Shown here: positions 1 to 17,949 of the stretch, in pieces
Layout: the number at the start of each line of letters is the position of its first letter
How positions within the stretch are numbered: position 1 is the first letter of the stretch
Source: Takakia lepidozioides
Lineage: Eukaryota; Plantae; Bryophyta
Length of the DNA: 64,000 nt
Reading direction: 5' to 3'
NCBI GenBank assembly: GCA_030704615.1
Contig: CM060732.1
Location: 77,686,001 to 77,750,000 of the forward strand
The notes under the pieces: model-generated
Database searches by the model: none
What the model was told of the DNA's origin: nothing
Seen by the model: only the letters and a program-made list of their open reading frames with translations
Position numbers and translations under genes: made by a program

Positions 1-457
1 GGTAAAACTACAAGAGGAAAGATAAGGAAAAGCTTGTTAAGAAAAGAAAAGACAGAAACAAGAAACAAGAAAAAGAACAAGAAAGAACTCCATGTCCACA
101 AGATGAAATCCCAAGTGCAAAGCAAAAGGAAGAGGGAGAGATAAACCACAATGACCTGTTATCATTTGGTGGCTGTCTCTTGAAGAGGATTGTGAGGACT
201 GGTTTTGGAAAACCTATGTGAAGAAGAACTGAAAGATAGGTTTGGATCTAAGAGAAGCTAACCAGTCAGTCATTTAGAAGAACATCTCAAATTTATAACA
301 TCTAGGGGCGGCCCAAGGGACACAAGTAGAACAACACAGAACCACATGATACAAAGTACAATATAGAGCTAAAGAGGGAACCTGGAGCCTGTACTTCGCT
401 TTTTTCCATGGTGAAAAGAAAAAGAAAGCTGAAGTAGTCGATTGTGCCAAGGAACAG

Positions 458-1971
458 GTGACAGGGAGGAGGGAAAGAGCCAAGCCATTGCCCTTTAAGG
501 TGGAAAAGAGTGGGCCCTGGGGCTTCAGCGGCTCCAATAGCGACACCCCAAAGATCACGACTGGCTTCTACCCGCCTTGCTACTATTACAACAAGTGAGT
601 GTCTCTTCTTGTCTGCTCTCATGTGGAAATTTGTACAGGTTCTCATGGCTGAATCTTTCTCACTTGAGCTGGGGAATCTCCCCAGGTATGTGAGGAGAGT
701 AATCAGAGGGATGGACTGTGATTGCAGGATAGAAATACCTGTGAAGCTTCCATTGTTGGGGGAGAAGACCTGGACGATATTGATATGTTCATTCAACATT
801 CCCATGGCCCCTGGAAAGACACGCTCCATTGTTTGCAGTGCCCGCAATTTCTTCCGCTTTCTCATGCCAGGTCCTGCTTGGTGGCAGGTATGTATTTATA
901 CTTCTCCAGGGTGTCCCATTTCTCTCACTCTATAGTGTCTGAACATAGATCTTTCTCCAGATTGTCCTTTGCTCACTTTTCTTTCCAAAGTCACTGTTTC
1001 CCTGGAGGTTGTGCCAAGCACTCACATCTCTCACATCCTTTGACGGCTTTTGCTGTGTCATACCAATAATGTATGTGCAAGGTTTGAGGTGGCAATGTTG
1101 GTTTTCAGGTGTGCTAATCTATAGAGTTTGTGCAAACAACATGTTACAGGAAACTGACCTTGTTGCTTGGGCTCTGCAGGTAGTGCCACGGTGGTACGAG
1201 CACTGGACATCCAATCTAGTGTATGATGGGGACATGATAGTCCTCCAGGGGCAAGAGAAGGGGTTCTTAGCGCAGGGTGGTGACGTAAATGCCCAATATT
1301 CCAAGATCACTTTCACCCCTACTCAAGCTGATCGCTTTGTACTGGCCTTCCGAAACTGGCTTCGCCGCCATGGTGACCAGCCTGCATGGTTTCCTGAGGT
1401 CAAAGTTGGACAGCCTCTCCCATCCACAGTCTTGTCTAAACAACAGGTGAAGAACATTGGTTGGTCCCAAACTACGTCATGACATGTTTGCCTTCTTTTG
1501 AGGGAGCCTGGGAGAGAGCTTCAATTTTCAGAACTTGCAATTGCACTGTAGCAACTGCATGGCCTTTTTTAGATGGCAGAGTGGACACATAATTGGGCCA
1601 GCATTGCTGAATTGCAGTACTTGTAGTCTTCTGCAGGCACAAAGAGATTTGGAGGTGTTTTCTTGGAGATCTCTGCTTGATGATAACAGGTGTGATTTTG
1701 TACTGTGGGATCTCAGATGCTGGATCGATTTGAGCAGCACACACTGAAGTGTGCATCTTGTAGGAAAGCGCTAGATGGGTTCCGGCTGTGGCAGAAAGTG
1801 CTGTGGGGCAGCACCGTGGTATTGGCTGCAGGTGCAGGTGTTCCACCAGATATGGCACTGCGCTTGTTGTTGGCTGCTGGATCCATTGTCAGTGCTGCCT
1901 TGGCTTATTCCTTGAAAGGAGGAGAGAAGAACTTCACTTTCAGGGACTATGTTCATGCCAAAATTGAGTGA
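458..1971 (+). CDS. PAO: Pheophorbide a oxygenase (Rieske-type), last four exons: 458-594, 728-887, 1180-1446, 1717-1971; 5' exons lie upstream of the window
   Basis: GT-AG exons join in frame to VTGRRERAKPLPFKVEKSGPWGF...CSFNIPMAPGKTRSIVCSARNFF...VVPRWYEHWTSNLVYDGDMIVLQGQEK...FTPTQADRFVLAFRNWLRRHG...MLDRFEQHTLKCASC...FRDYVHAKIE*, the characteristic PAO/ACD1 C-terminal half. Confidence 0.93.
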
Positions 1972-2609
1972 CCCTTTTCGTGGTGTTGTATGTACCATAA
2001 ACACAGAACGTAGGTGTGTAAATTGACATTCTGTATACATTCGTGAGTTTTATCCCATGCAGGATTGCAAAAGCTTATGGTTTACGGTTGACATTCCATA
2101 TACTAGAAAGCAATTTCATCCGTTTTGCTGCTCAGAGATCACCAGGTCCTTGATGGAAAGTCGTCTCTGATATGTCCTTCTGGTCCCCTAGGCAGATGGT
2201 ATTCTCTTCTGGTCTTTCTGTAATTACTTTCTTCTGTGCTCTCATGTTGTGGTCTTCTCTTTATGGTCTTTTGGTGCTGTGGTCTTCTGCTCCTGTGTCT
2301 TTTCATCTTCTATGGTCTTTTGTCCAGCAGTAGTACTCTCTGGGCTGCTGTGGTTGATCTAATCTGCTGGTTGATGAAGATGAATTATTATAGATGATTG
2401 TCCTTCATATTGATTATGATAATGACAATTATGGTGTCAATTATGGAGCTTGCACCTTTGCAGTCTCCGCAGTGCACGTCCAAAAGGTGTCCACTGCGGG
2501 AATGGACGGTGACAAGTTCCCACACCCACCTCCATCTCAGTGCCAAAGAAATTTTTTCAAAATACCCATTTGGGCCCTGTAGATGTTCGAATTCCACTTG
2601 GAAGATTCC

Positions 2610-2838
2610 CTGTCATCGAACCATCTGGAAAATTAAACTCGAAAAAGCTAAAAGGCTTTCCAATGTGACAGCTTTCAGGCTTTCCAATGTGACAGTGTGG
2701 GCTGTGACTGCCGTCGATGTAGCGGTTCTCATTATGGGACCATCGGGCAAAGTTTTTCAATACTGCAACGGTTCAATTGAGGACATGATCATTAGGTATG
2801 CAAATTTAATCCCTGAGGACCGTGACAAGATCGCATGA
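2610..2838 (+). pseudogene. MIKC*-type MADS-box fragment, damaged N-terminal half
   Basis: VDVAVLIMGPSGKVFQYCNGSIEDMIIRYANLIPEDR matches the MADS C-terminal half plus MIKC* I-region; the preceding part contains a short internal duplication (AGGCTTTCCAATGTGACAG x2). Confidence 0.65.
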
Positions 2839-3866
2839 GACGAGGAGCAAATTACTCTCGTTTAGGATCACTCTTGGTATGCCGGTTGCGGGCGACGTGC
2901 AGCACATGTCTCAAAACCGTTGAAATCCACCCGGAGTACGTTACTGGGGCCGAGCTGATTCAAGAGAGGAGAAATATTGCTTCTTCGAGGTAGCCTTCCT
3001 GCTAGTAGGCTGCTCTATGATCTTCATCGGCAACTGCACCCTACCCATGTTATTAATTACTCAACTTCTATATCATCCCGCAATCTGTTGCGTCTGGAGA
3101 ATTACCACCTGTATGTGAGCCAACGAAGTCAAGACATCCCCTACCCCTCGAGCTCACATACTGGTGGTAATTTGTCCAGAGGGAATCAATGTACGCAACT
3201 ACAATCCGACTCCTGCTAGACTCCTGCCACTCAGTTGTAAAGTAAACTTTGAGTTTATATAGTACTTACCTGTACAGGTAGACCGTTTTTGTGAAGCGTT
3301 TGATGCTTTTCTCGGAAAAGCTAAAAATACTCCATGGTTGCCATATATGGCTTTCTCAAAAGATAAATCATTCTGCTTCTGGTTTGTTGCTATCGGCCTG
3401 GCTGCACCCTTATGTTAGTAACCACCTCATTTTGTACACACGTGGGGTTTTCCCACGCAGGAGCTGGGTTTTGTTTTGACACTCTTCTCTCTCTTAAAGT
3501 GCCATTTCATTTCATTTCATTTCATTTCTCTTCTTCCATCCTAGAGGTCCTGCCCTGCACAGCTTGACATAAAATCTGAAGAAGGTGTTCCTTTTGTTCC
3601 GTTGCGATGATGCACCTACTAACCAGGTCTAGTGTCTTCATGGGCCCCTCCGACAGTAAAATTGCAGGGGGCGACTGTGGGCTCACAGCGAGTGTGAGAT
3701 GTAAATAGATTCAACAACAACTGCGTCACATTCACTCTCAAACATCGCAATACAATGTCACATTAGTGAGCAGTAAGTACAGTTGCTCCTCATTTTGCTG
3801 CCCTTGCACTTCATAACAACTCTGGACACTCTATCAATGCATGATGCAACACACGACATTCCTGGA
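2712..3866 (+). repeat. ~1.15-kb segment repeated in inverted orientation at ~52307-53480
   Basis: Reverse-complement match along the whole length; ORFs 2977-3219(+) and 52972-53214(-) differ by one residue. Confidence 0.92.
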
Positions 3867-6399
3867 AATTGTAAGTCTCAAAACTCCCCCTTTTTTGTAA
3901 AATTCGAGGGCTACTTCGGGCCCTCTTCATAAACAAAAGCTCCAAAGTTACATAATTTGAATAATTGCCAAACATTAGGTGAGCTCTACTGCCATCGTGC
4001 TGATGAAAAGGTGACCAACTCAACGTCAGTTTGCTCACATTATACACGCCGTCCCCGTTTCTAGGCCCCAAGTATCTCCTAACTTGTTCTTGCCCAGTGC
4101 TCACTTATTTTGTGGACTCAATTGATGTATGTGAGGAAGGGTACGAGTGCTACTGCATCATTTGAAGCGCACAACGATTAGGGCTTATCTGTCGATCATG
4201 CAATGACAAGTGAGGGCTTGTTCAAGCAGGACTTACCTTGAAATATCGGAGGAAATGTCACTCTCTGCAAGCCGTTCGCCTCTACCCGCATACATAGACA
4301 CTTGGCTCAAATGTAAGATCCAAATTCGTAAGTACTGTACATACTGAGTTTTTGATCGAGTAAGCTATTGGTTCTCTCCTTAGAAATTAGCGATTCTGAA
4401 GTAACGGGTTCAAGATGTATGGTGGGATCTTCTACCATCGATTTGCAGTGTAAGTCATTGTGAAAGTCAAGTGCCCACGCCATTGTCTGCAAAATTCACT
4501 CTCAATTCCCCCTCAATTCCTATAATCGACCGGTACGTATACTTTGTAGAAGTCACTTACACATGCATGACAAATTGATCTGTTACAATGACGGCTGTGC
4601 AGCAAGGTGTTACTGAGGCCGTGATGCAGTATGAGCAAGTGATACCAAGAATTTTGCTTGTGCAAACTCCCTTGCACCATCACTTCCGGATGGTGTGGTG
4701 GTTCCGTCTGAATCCGAGGCGGCGCGTGAGTTTCCTCGTACGTTTGACCTCCCTGGACTTGCACAGAAATGTTTAGCAGCTGTTTTTCAAGCGTAGTTGC
4801 CACTCCAGATTTTCACCCTCACAATAGATTGTGGCAAGTTGGCTTGGTGAGGTTTACAAGGTAGGGAGGATCCACGTAACTAGAAATGGGTAAGTAGCCA
4901 CTCTGTCGCATACTTGTGGAGGATAGACTGTTTTAATGGATCAGTGCGCACAGGGACAGTGTATCAAGATGAGTTACATCGAGGTTGGTGCAGCAGCTGG
5001 GAGACAGACGTGTGCAAGTGGCGACTCTATAAGCATAGGTTGATCTGCTCAGTCGACAAGAGAGGGCCCATCAAGATATTGTAGACTCAGTTTATATCCG
5101 AAGGTATTGCCTCGGAGAACATCTACCTGCGACGGATGCCTCTGCTCTTGAAATTGTAGACATGAACAATGCACGTTTAAAAGGATCCATTCAGATCAAG
5201 TAACCGAGACTCCATTCACATTGTCTCAGGGAGGAAAAGTCCATCTCTATCCTTCTGACCTGCAACTAGAAACGACATTTTTCTATTTTGCCACGTATCA
5301 TGGTTCCTGGAGGGGATGGCTGAGAGGAGAGGGAAGACACCCATCCCGTTTGGGCAATGGAGCTACCTAATATTTTATTGGGAGGCTTCTGGCTAAATGG
5401 GCCCTTTCAATTTGTTCAATGAGATTAGATCTAACCTTTCAGCTGATGTCAACACCACCGGAAATCAATACTTTGACTTCCTCATTCTTCGACGAAAATC
5501 CTTGTAGTGTCAAAGCTAGAAAGCTTCAAATTGAACCAAAAATCAAATCAGCATTTTGGCATGGCATTGAGCTGGTCACTTAGCTCCAGCATCCAACCCC
5601 CTCTTGGCCTCTGGCAAACATCGCCAGAGATGCTCTGTTCTGGAATTTGTTTGGTCATGTGAGAAGAGGCAGAGATGTCGAGTATCATGTTATAATTCCA
5701 GTCATGGGTGGCAGCAGAATGTGAGGTTGCTGCCCACTATTGCCTCCTTCCTTTCTTTCCCTTCCAGCAGCTGTCTTTCTTCATCTGGTCTTGGAAATCT
5801 TCAAAAGAGAGAGGATGTACTCATAAGACGTTGTTTGCTGTAGCCTTGTGGCTATTGACCCCGCGCCCAGTTTGAGCAGAACAGAAAGGGACATAGACTA
5901 CCTTCGTCAGGGGCTGACGCCGGTAGTATGAATTACCTTGGAACAGACAATTGATCCGAGTTTTCCAGATATCCTCTAGAAATCCCTTCACAGAAACAAT
6001 CTGCTGTGTGTGATTTGCCCAATAACTAGACAGAGAGAAATGCCAACATTGGCTGTGAAGCCCTTCATGCAACGGGAAGGACTTTGGCCCACGAGATATG
6101 TGGTGGTGATTGCAAGCACTCTTTAGTCAATAGTTCTATGGTCTCATTAATGAAGTGACTTCCCTGGTCACTGATAACTCTGTGCAATTCAACGAGGGAG
6201 ACAGAGAAATGTACTCCTAGAAATGTTGCCTGTGGACCTCCTAGAGTGGACTTGGGTGACAGCAGGGTATCTGAGTGTCCAAAATCTGGCATGGATACTT
6301 ACCAAATCCAGGCACAATAGCACAATTTGGGTACGAGAGGTACAAGGCCATATGTCTGAACAGGACAGAGATACAGGGACAGGATGGGGTGAGGTATTA

Positions 6400-8839
6400 C
6401 TTTCCGGTAGTCACCATCTGCAAGTTCCTCCACTTTTTTGCCGGCGAGAAAACCTCGACCAAGAGGACTGTAGGGTACAATACCTATACCCAGCTCTCTG
6501 AACATGCAAGGCCAAACCCAGGACAAGTTCACTACAAATCCCAGGAACTTCATGAAAAATGAAGAGCAGCCTTGATCCAGACACAATAGCACAATATGGG
6601 TACGAGAGGTACAAGGCCATCAGTGTTTGATGTACCAGTGGACACAATTACAAGGATGTTCCAGCCCTGTTGCTGTCACCAGCAATTCAACACTGCCAGT
6701 CCACAGTGTCTAAAAAGGACAGAGACACAGGGACAGGATGGGGTGAGGTATTACTTTCCGGTAGTCACCATCTGCTAGTTCCTCCACTTTCTTGCCGGCG
6801 AGAAAACCTCGACCAAGAGGACTGAAGGGTACAATACCTATACCCAGCTCTCTGAACATGCAATACCAAACCCACGATAAATGAGGACAAGTTCAGTACA
6901 AATCCCAGGAACTTCATGAGAAATGAAGAGCAGCCTTGATCAACAGTTCACTCCATGTGACCTAAGAACGCATCAGTTTACTCCAACTTAGACCTTCAGA
7001 GGGCTGGGCAGCTTGGCAGGGATAGGTCACAACTGTTTAAAGGACACAACAATAACATGACAGCTGCCAAATGGAGCAGGAAGACAATCATGCACCTGCA
7101 GGTTGGGATGATGTCGTCTTCCACGTCACAGACCCAGAGAGACCATTCAAGCTGGATCGCGGTGATGGGGTGCACAGCATGAGCGCGCCGAATCTCAGAG
7201 GCAGACGCAGTCCCAAGTACTTCACCTTCCCCTCTTCAACCAGCTTCTTCATTTCCCCAATCTAAAGATCAAAACCAAACCGGGTCATTGTGATTGCAAA
7301 AACTCGATCACAAGCAAGCTTAGACTGGGAGAGGGGTTATCAATAGTATGTAAATCACTAGTATCACTTGACACTGCAGTGTGGCAGTATCTGATATGAC
7401 ACTTGTGTCTGCAACCAGTGATACTAAAGCTTGATCCCCTAAATGGGGCAGCATAGACACAGAGAAAGTTATGGTGGTTCGTGCTGAAATCATCACCTAC
7501 CCCAGAGGGCAGCTGAGAGGTCAATGGCTGGAATGCTACGGATGGCAATGCATACAGTCAGCTAGTTATATTTTTAACAAGAAACATCCAGCAAGATTAA
7601 GGTCACTCCACCCATCACCGTGCTTTGTCATAAAACCGCACAGGTGATCAACTTGCTACAGTGTGCTCAGCAACTTATACTGCACAATCTGGCACAAAAC
7701 CTCCTCACACTTTCGAAGTGGGAGTAAGACCAAGCTCCTCAAAGGTCTTCTAAGTTTCTTGTTACCGAAGTAAAGCAAAACATTTGAGGTATATGCTTCT
7801 TACTCATTGAGCTGATAGGGGAGCCATTAAATGGAGTAATCAGAAGCAGGAGAGAAAAGAACGCACAGTGACTTCAATAGGAACTTTGGTATCGACGCGA
7901 TGCTGGTAGTAGAGATCAATATAGTCAACTTCGAGCCATTTCAAGCTGGCCTCACAGACTGCACGAACGTATTCTGGATCCCCCCTCATGGTCCCGCTCC
8001 TCCCCCTGCTCCCTGGGGGTGTGGCCCCGAATTTGGTGGCAATTTGAACCCCATCCTGGATGCCTTTGATCGCCTGCCAATTCCATAGTCTCCATCCTTG
8101 TCTCAAAAGCCAAGTAAATGCAACGGCAGGGTTGAAGGTCTTGTTTACAGCAATTACAAACTTATATCATACATGTGCGTTTGCCCTTCGGAATCCAAAC
8201 AATCAATCCCCTAACTGTGCAAAAGGTGTGACCAGATCTCCAGATATCACAAGTATTCAGCCATATATGGCCCATTCTCTCATGGTCCCTTCCCCACAAT
8301 CTCACTTCAATTGGTGACAGTGGCATTCAAAAACAGTTGAGTAAGCGGAAAGGTGTGTTACACATTTAATCCACAGTCAAGATAATTTGCCACCCGATCT
8401 CTGTCTCTTTCGCCTCTCTCTCCACCAACAGATTCATGTTTCGAATGACAAGTTCTACATTGGAGAATTGCGTTTTCTTGATATTCAATCCACATTGGCT
8501 GGAAGCACTGTGTCATCTGGAAATCTTCCAGAAGGTGGGACAGTGCGTAGAGAGGAGTAAAAGAGTAACACCCCACACATGCAAAAAAACCAGCTAAGAT
8601 GTGACGAAGCAGATCACCTTCCCAAGGAGGACCTCATTGGTGTGAGGTCCATAGACGTCCGAGGTGTCGAAGAAGGTGATCCCAAGCTCCACAGCATGGC
8701 GGATTATCTCGATCATCTCCTCATCAGGCTTCGCAGGGCCATACAATGCCGACATGCCCATACATCCCAGGCCCTGCGTAGACACCTCCAGGCCCTGAGA
8801 CCCAAGCTTTACACGGGGGATCGCAGGTAGCAATGCCAT
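6400..8839 (-). pseudogene. Aldo-keto reductase paralogue A (pseudogene): exon1 8839-8618, exon2 8073-7867, exon3 ~7261-7076 frameshifted, exon4 present twice (~6851-6755 and ~6497-6400), exon5 deleted
   Basis: [30 protein letters not shown]...FFDTSDVYG; 7-bp deletion in exon 3 relative to copy B; at ~5795 the 3'UTR is fused directly to intron-4 sequence, removing exon 5. Confidence 0.85.
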
Positions 8840-10056
8840 GGCCCGCTCGCTCCCGCTGGAATCTGAATTGTACACAGTACCAGACGCCGCTGTCTTTTGT
8901 ACCCATTTCCCACACCTGCTGGTCCCCTGCCGCATCTTCCATCGTCACGTGCATGAAAGCAGCAGGGAACCTTCTCATGCCATTGGGCAACAGAATTCTA
9001 AGAAACGAACTATTCTAAGCCTCGATTGCTTGCCACACAAGAAACCTTAAATAAACTACAACGGTTCCCGAAGATTAGTCAATGGAGCATATCAAATTAG
9101 AAACCATGCAAGCCATGCAGGCTGGGCTTGCCTCAAACCCATCTCGTGGAAGCATCTCGAGTTCGGCATTGCCAAGCTTAAGGGCCAGTGATCTTTGAAG
9201 AGAATGTGATGAATTTGAGAAAGGGATGGGAAGGAAGATAGAGTCTTTCGATTTAGCTCTATGTAAGATTAGAGAATACAATAAGAAACCTCACAACCTC
9301 TGACCACTGGCATCCACCACCTGGCCATCACTTTATATGCGTGATGACTTGATGGCAGGGGGAGGGAAGGGAAGGACGATACAGTCGGGCGCCTAGATCT
9401 CTGCTCAAAGAGACTGGGTAGATGGGTCCAAGTTCCAACGTCAACACCCATTCTTAAATTCGATCATACAATGCGAATGGATTTACATCGAAAGTCAGCC
9501 TGACCTCACAATCTCTACCCAGCACCTGGCCATCACCTTACCCAATTGCCCGTGTGTTCAACACACAGCTGCTCCATGAGCAATCGAGAGAGATGAAGCC
9601 CAATCAAAAGGCGGTAGCTCTTCACAATCAAGTGATACCATAGAGTCCACATTTTTCACAATGAAGGACTTCTCTCTCGCTGCGGATTTTCAAGTTGGCA
9701 ATGGAGCTCCCTACTATTTTTGAAGTTTTAAAGTTTTGCAATGAGATTTGATCTCACAAACGGGAATATGTAGTCATTCTGACTAAAAATCTAGTGTACT
9801 ACAGTGTCAAAGCTAGAAAGCTTCAATTTGAACTACAACATCAAAATATTGGCATTTGGGCACACACAAATGGCATTGAGCTGGTCGCTGAGGAGCTCTG
9901 TTCTGGAATTTGGTCATGTGAAAAGAGGCAGAGATGTCGAATATCATGTTATAATTCCAGTTTTGGATGGCAGCAGAATGTGAGGTTGCTGCCCACTATT
10001 GCCTCCTTCCTTTCTTTCCCTTGCAGCAGCTGTCTTTCTTCATCTGGTCTTGGAAC

Positions 10057-13760
<3,704 letters not shown>

Positions 13761-15054
13761 TCATCGTCACGTGCACGGAAGCAGCCTGCCTTCTCATGCC
13801 ATTGGGCAACAGAACTTATAAGAAATGAACTATGCTAAGGCCAACACATGAAAGGTTAAATCAACTAACAACAGGTCCGAAAACATAATAAGTTAGATTA
13901 GTCAAAGGAGCACACCAATTAGAAACCATGCAAGCCATTATATTCACTCAAGTTTCAGCGCCAGAGATTTAGGGAGTGATCTTTGAAGAGATATGGCATT
14001 AAAGGAGTGGGGAATTTGAGAAAGGGATGGGAAGGAAGGAGTCCTGCGATTTACAGAGCCTACCTAGAGCTCGACGTAAGATTAGAGAATACAAGAAGAA
14101 ATGAAAGTCCAACCTTGACAACCTCTGACCACTGGCATCCACCACCTGCCCATCACTTTACAAGCGTCTGGCACATGATGGCTAGATGGCAGTGGAAAAA
14201 GGAATTGCAGGTGGGTGCCCATTTGACTGAACGCAGGAAAGTCAGGTTCCCGCTCTGTGACAAGTCATCTTCTAGACCAGCTGAAGTTCGGCTGTGACCG
14301 CTGTTGAGGAGGGGAAAACAATGGAAACTTCAAAGTTCAGCTTCACTCTAATCGCCTCGTCTTCCTGGAAGCCGCCCATACAGCACAACCAGTCCAATCG
14401 TTCCTGACTCTCTATTTCCTGATCTTAAAAGTTCGAAGTGATGAAGCTCCCCCTGTCCAGCTTACCATAACCTTCAACCTGGTGCACACTGCACTCTTTG
14501 TACTGATGGCTGAGGGCCAGGTGTTTTCTAAGGAGGCCAGGATCCTGTCAGAAGGAATTGAGGTTGCCTGTGGGAAACTCCGTGGCGGATCACAAAGGAT
14601 TTGTAGGTTGTAGAATTGTGGAGGTTTGAAAAAATTAAATTCTTCACTCCACCTAGCTTTACGACACAGGTAGCTTCTTAGTTAAGTTTGGTACCAGGAG
14701 AAAGCGTTCTTCACAGGAGACAACATTCATCTTTGAGAAAATGTGGCTCTTTCCAGCTATGCGATCCCTGTCACGCTGCTATAGGGAATGCCCAAGGTCC
14801 ACGATTGTCTTCTCATATGAAAATTTGGAGTGTTGGGGTCCTTCAACACCGGTCGCCAAATTCGCTGGCTTCATTTCTGCTTGTGTCTGGGTTCGAATGA
14901 AGCCGCTTGTTGCTGAGCACAGGTAACCGAAATTTAGGACTCCGAAGAGGTGAGGGCACAGTAGCTGCATAATAGGTGAGCTTTTTTTCGTCCATAGTTT
15001 GTGAAGAGAAACACATCAATGTGGTTTGGGGGTTTAAGCTGCTACGTTTGACTT

Positions 15055-15835
15055 CGTAAATTTGTGGATGAACTTTGTCTTCTACAACAAATGTGTGTAC
15101 CTGGTTGTCAACCTCAATGCAGCTGTGGCCTGGCTCCATTCTCTCAGACGCTAGCATGCAAAACTCCACTTGTGTCTGTCCGCCGTGACCACTTTAATGA
15201 AGAGTCTTTCCTGAGAAAGATGCCGGAGGTACACTGACACCTATCTGTTATATCCACTTGTGTTTTAACTAAAGACAGTGTGCAACTTTCCGTAGGTATT
15301 GAGGACTTCCATGAAGAATCGCATCAGACACATGCCTGTGTGGAGGCAAATGACTCCAGCATGCAGTGGATCGCTCTCAAGAATGTGTTTAGCTGTACAT
15401 TCTGCAAGCTTCACATCACCATGAACTCTGCAGGCACTAAGCAAGGCCCCCCAGACTTAGGCATCTGGCTCGACTGGCATTTTTCTAATGAATTCCTCTG
15501 CCCCATCCAATTGCTCTGCACGGCCAAGAAGGTCCACCAGGCAGCAAAAATGCTCCACTGTCGGTGTGAGGCCATGATATCTAGTCATAGAATTGAAGTA
15601 GTGATAGCCTTCATCCACTAAGCCTGCATGGCTACATGCAGAGAGAAGAGATATAAATGTGACGTTGTTTGGCTTCAAACCTCCTAGTTGCATTTGCTCA
15701 AATAGTTGCAGCCCTACCATACCCATCCTGACCATATCATGTGATCATTGCACTCCACGATATGACATCTTGTTCAGCCATGTTGTCAAAGAATTGTCGA
15801 GCATCTCCTACACTGCCACACTTGGCATACATGTT
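15055..15835 (-). pseudogene. PLS-class PPR protein (E/E+ domain) fragment, 5'-truncated and frameshifted
   Basis: LQLFEQMQLGGLKPNNVTFISLLSACSHAGLVDEGYHYFNSM...HFCCLVDLLGRA...MPVEPD and EPGHSCIEVDNQVHTFVVEDKVHPQ; stops and frameshifts; no intact DYW domain seen. Confidence 0.85.
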
Positions 15836-17949
15836 AACCCTTAAGTTCCCAAGCAACCTGAATCGGGTCACTTTGAATTTGCGGTTCGACCTAATTTTTG
15901 CAGATCTAATCTGATGGGGCCCACTCCTGAAGCTTTAATGACAAGTCTTCGAGTATGATGCAAAAAACAAAATTAAAAAAAAAAAAAGCTGCGACTTACA
16001 AAAAATATCTTAGATCTTTAATTTACGTTTTGGGGCCTGAAAAGGGCTGTTGACCGCTGACATGGCAGGTAAACAAGCCCAAAACAGATTGCACTCCAAA
16101 GGCCATTTTTGGCAGAAAGTTAGCAAATCTGGAAAAAACACTTCACCTTGTGGTGTGTGAGCATTACATACACACATCCGCCGTTAGCTTTTAAAAAATT
16201 TGTAGAAAAAAAAATACTTCATTTGGAGGCACATTTTCTATTGTCAATTTTGAGATTTCAACCCCCATGTAATTGGCAGATGTGTGCCATCCTGGCACCA
16301 TCTCCTCGTCCGTCTCACCATGCCAACGAACTCTTCTATCATCAAGCTCACTTGTGCATGGATTGTGACTCAATCCATCCGCATCCCGCTTGACTATTCC
16401 GACTCGATGCACCACCTGGAAGTCGTATTTTTGAAGCATAAGTGCCCACCGTGCAAGCTTCCCTGTAAGCTTGTTTGACTCCATCAACCACTTCAATGGT
16501 TGATGATCCATGATAAGGGTGAAGAGATTGTCATAGAGATATCATCTGAAATGTGTCACTGCCCATACTGCAGCTAGACACTCTCCTTCATATGAGTTAT
16601 ACTTCGCCTCAGCATCATTGTTCAAGCGGCTAGTATATGCCACTACGAACTCTCTTCCCTCATCATCCACTTGTGTGAGCACTGCTCCAATCCCCAACAT
16701 ACTCCAATCCGTGTATAGCTGGAAAGGCCGCCCCCGAATAGGCACAGAAGTCAATCGAGCCTTGAATTCCTCAAATACTTTCTTTTGCTCTTCCTCGCAC
16801 TGCCACTCCTGAGTCACCTTGGTCAACTTGGTAAAAGCCTTCGCAATACTACTAAATCCTTTGACAAACCGACGATATTAGTTTGTCAACCCCATGAAAG
16901 CACGAACTTTGCTTACATCTATGGGGCGTAGAATGCGTGCAATAGCCTCCACCTTTGTTGTTGAACACCCAATCCTCCAAGGTATATGATGTAGCCCAGA
17001 TACTCAATCTGATCGTGGAAGAACTTGCACTTTCTAGGGTGCAGTTTCAATCCATGCGCCCTCAAGCGCTTAAACACCACCTGAAGGTGTCTCTCATGTT
17101 CCTCAACTGTGGCACTAAAGATGATGATGTCATCAATGTAGCATTGCACGAAGTCTAGCCCTGCAAGAATCCTACCCATGACCCTCTGAAACTCTGCAGG
17201 AGCATTCTTCAACCCAAATGGTAGGAAGCGCCATTGGTACAAACAATCCTTCCCATGCTGATCAATCCCCCAGAATGTCGTTTTTTGCTTGTCAGCCTCT
17301 TTGATTGGCGACTGGTGATAACCCGATCGTAAGTCCAATGTGCTAAACACCTTCGCATGCCCAATGACATCAAAGATTTCATCTAGAGTTGGCATGACAT
17401 ATCTATCGGACTTAGTCTGACGGTTCACAGGACGAGAGTCCCCACACATCCTTCTTTCTATCCAATTGCCATAGATATCATTCTTAACTGGCATCACCGT
17501 TGTCGAGGCATACTCCCCGTCTGACAAATCCAGCTTCGAACAACTTCATAGTCCGTGACTGAATCAATGACCTCTCCATGTCACTATACATGTAGGGCCT
17601 TCGAAAAATTGGCGTATCACTTGTCAAATCAATATGAATCTTTTGGCCCTTCAAACTCCCCAAATCCTTCAAACCGAAGGCAAAGCAATTTCTATAAGCC
17701 TTTAGAAATCGCCGGATCCTCCATCTCTCTCCTCTAGTGACTGTAGGTCCAACATCTGGTTCCCAATTGTCGTCAGTGACTGAAACCTTGGGTACACCAG
17801 GGAGGTGGGAGACGCATCCTTTGAGATAGCAACCTCTTGGGCCTTGTCTTGTCCGCCTACCCTGACTGTGGCGTAGCCTCCACTTGCTCCGCCATAGCCA
17901 CCTTGAGAACATCCTCCGCAAAAGAAACATCATCGACCTCTTCAAGAGC

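Noticed and set aside
274-865. Minus-strand ORFs of 94 and 187 aa
   Set aside because: Antisense shadows of PAO exons
14688-15050. DYW deaminase domain downstream of the PPR E+ motif
   Set aside because: No HSE(K/R)LA, CxxCH or terminal DYW motif readable in any frame
15832-16270. TTAA-CCCTT start suggesting a piggyBac-like end between the PPR fragment and copy 1
   Set aside because: No matching second terminus or transposase found; left unassigned
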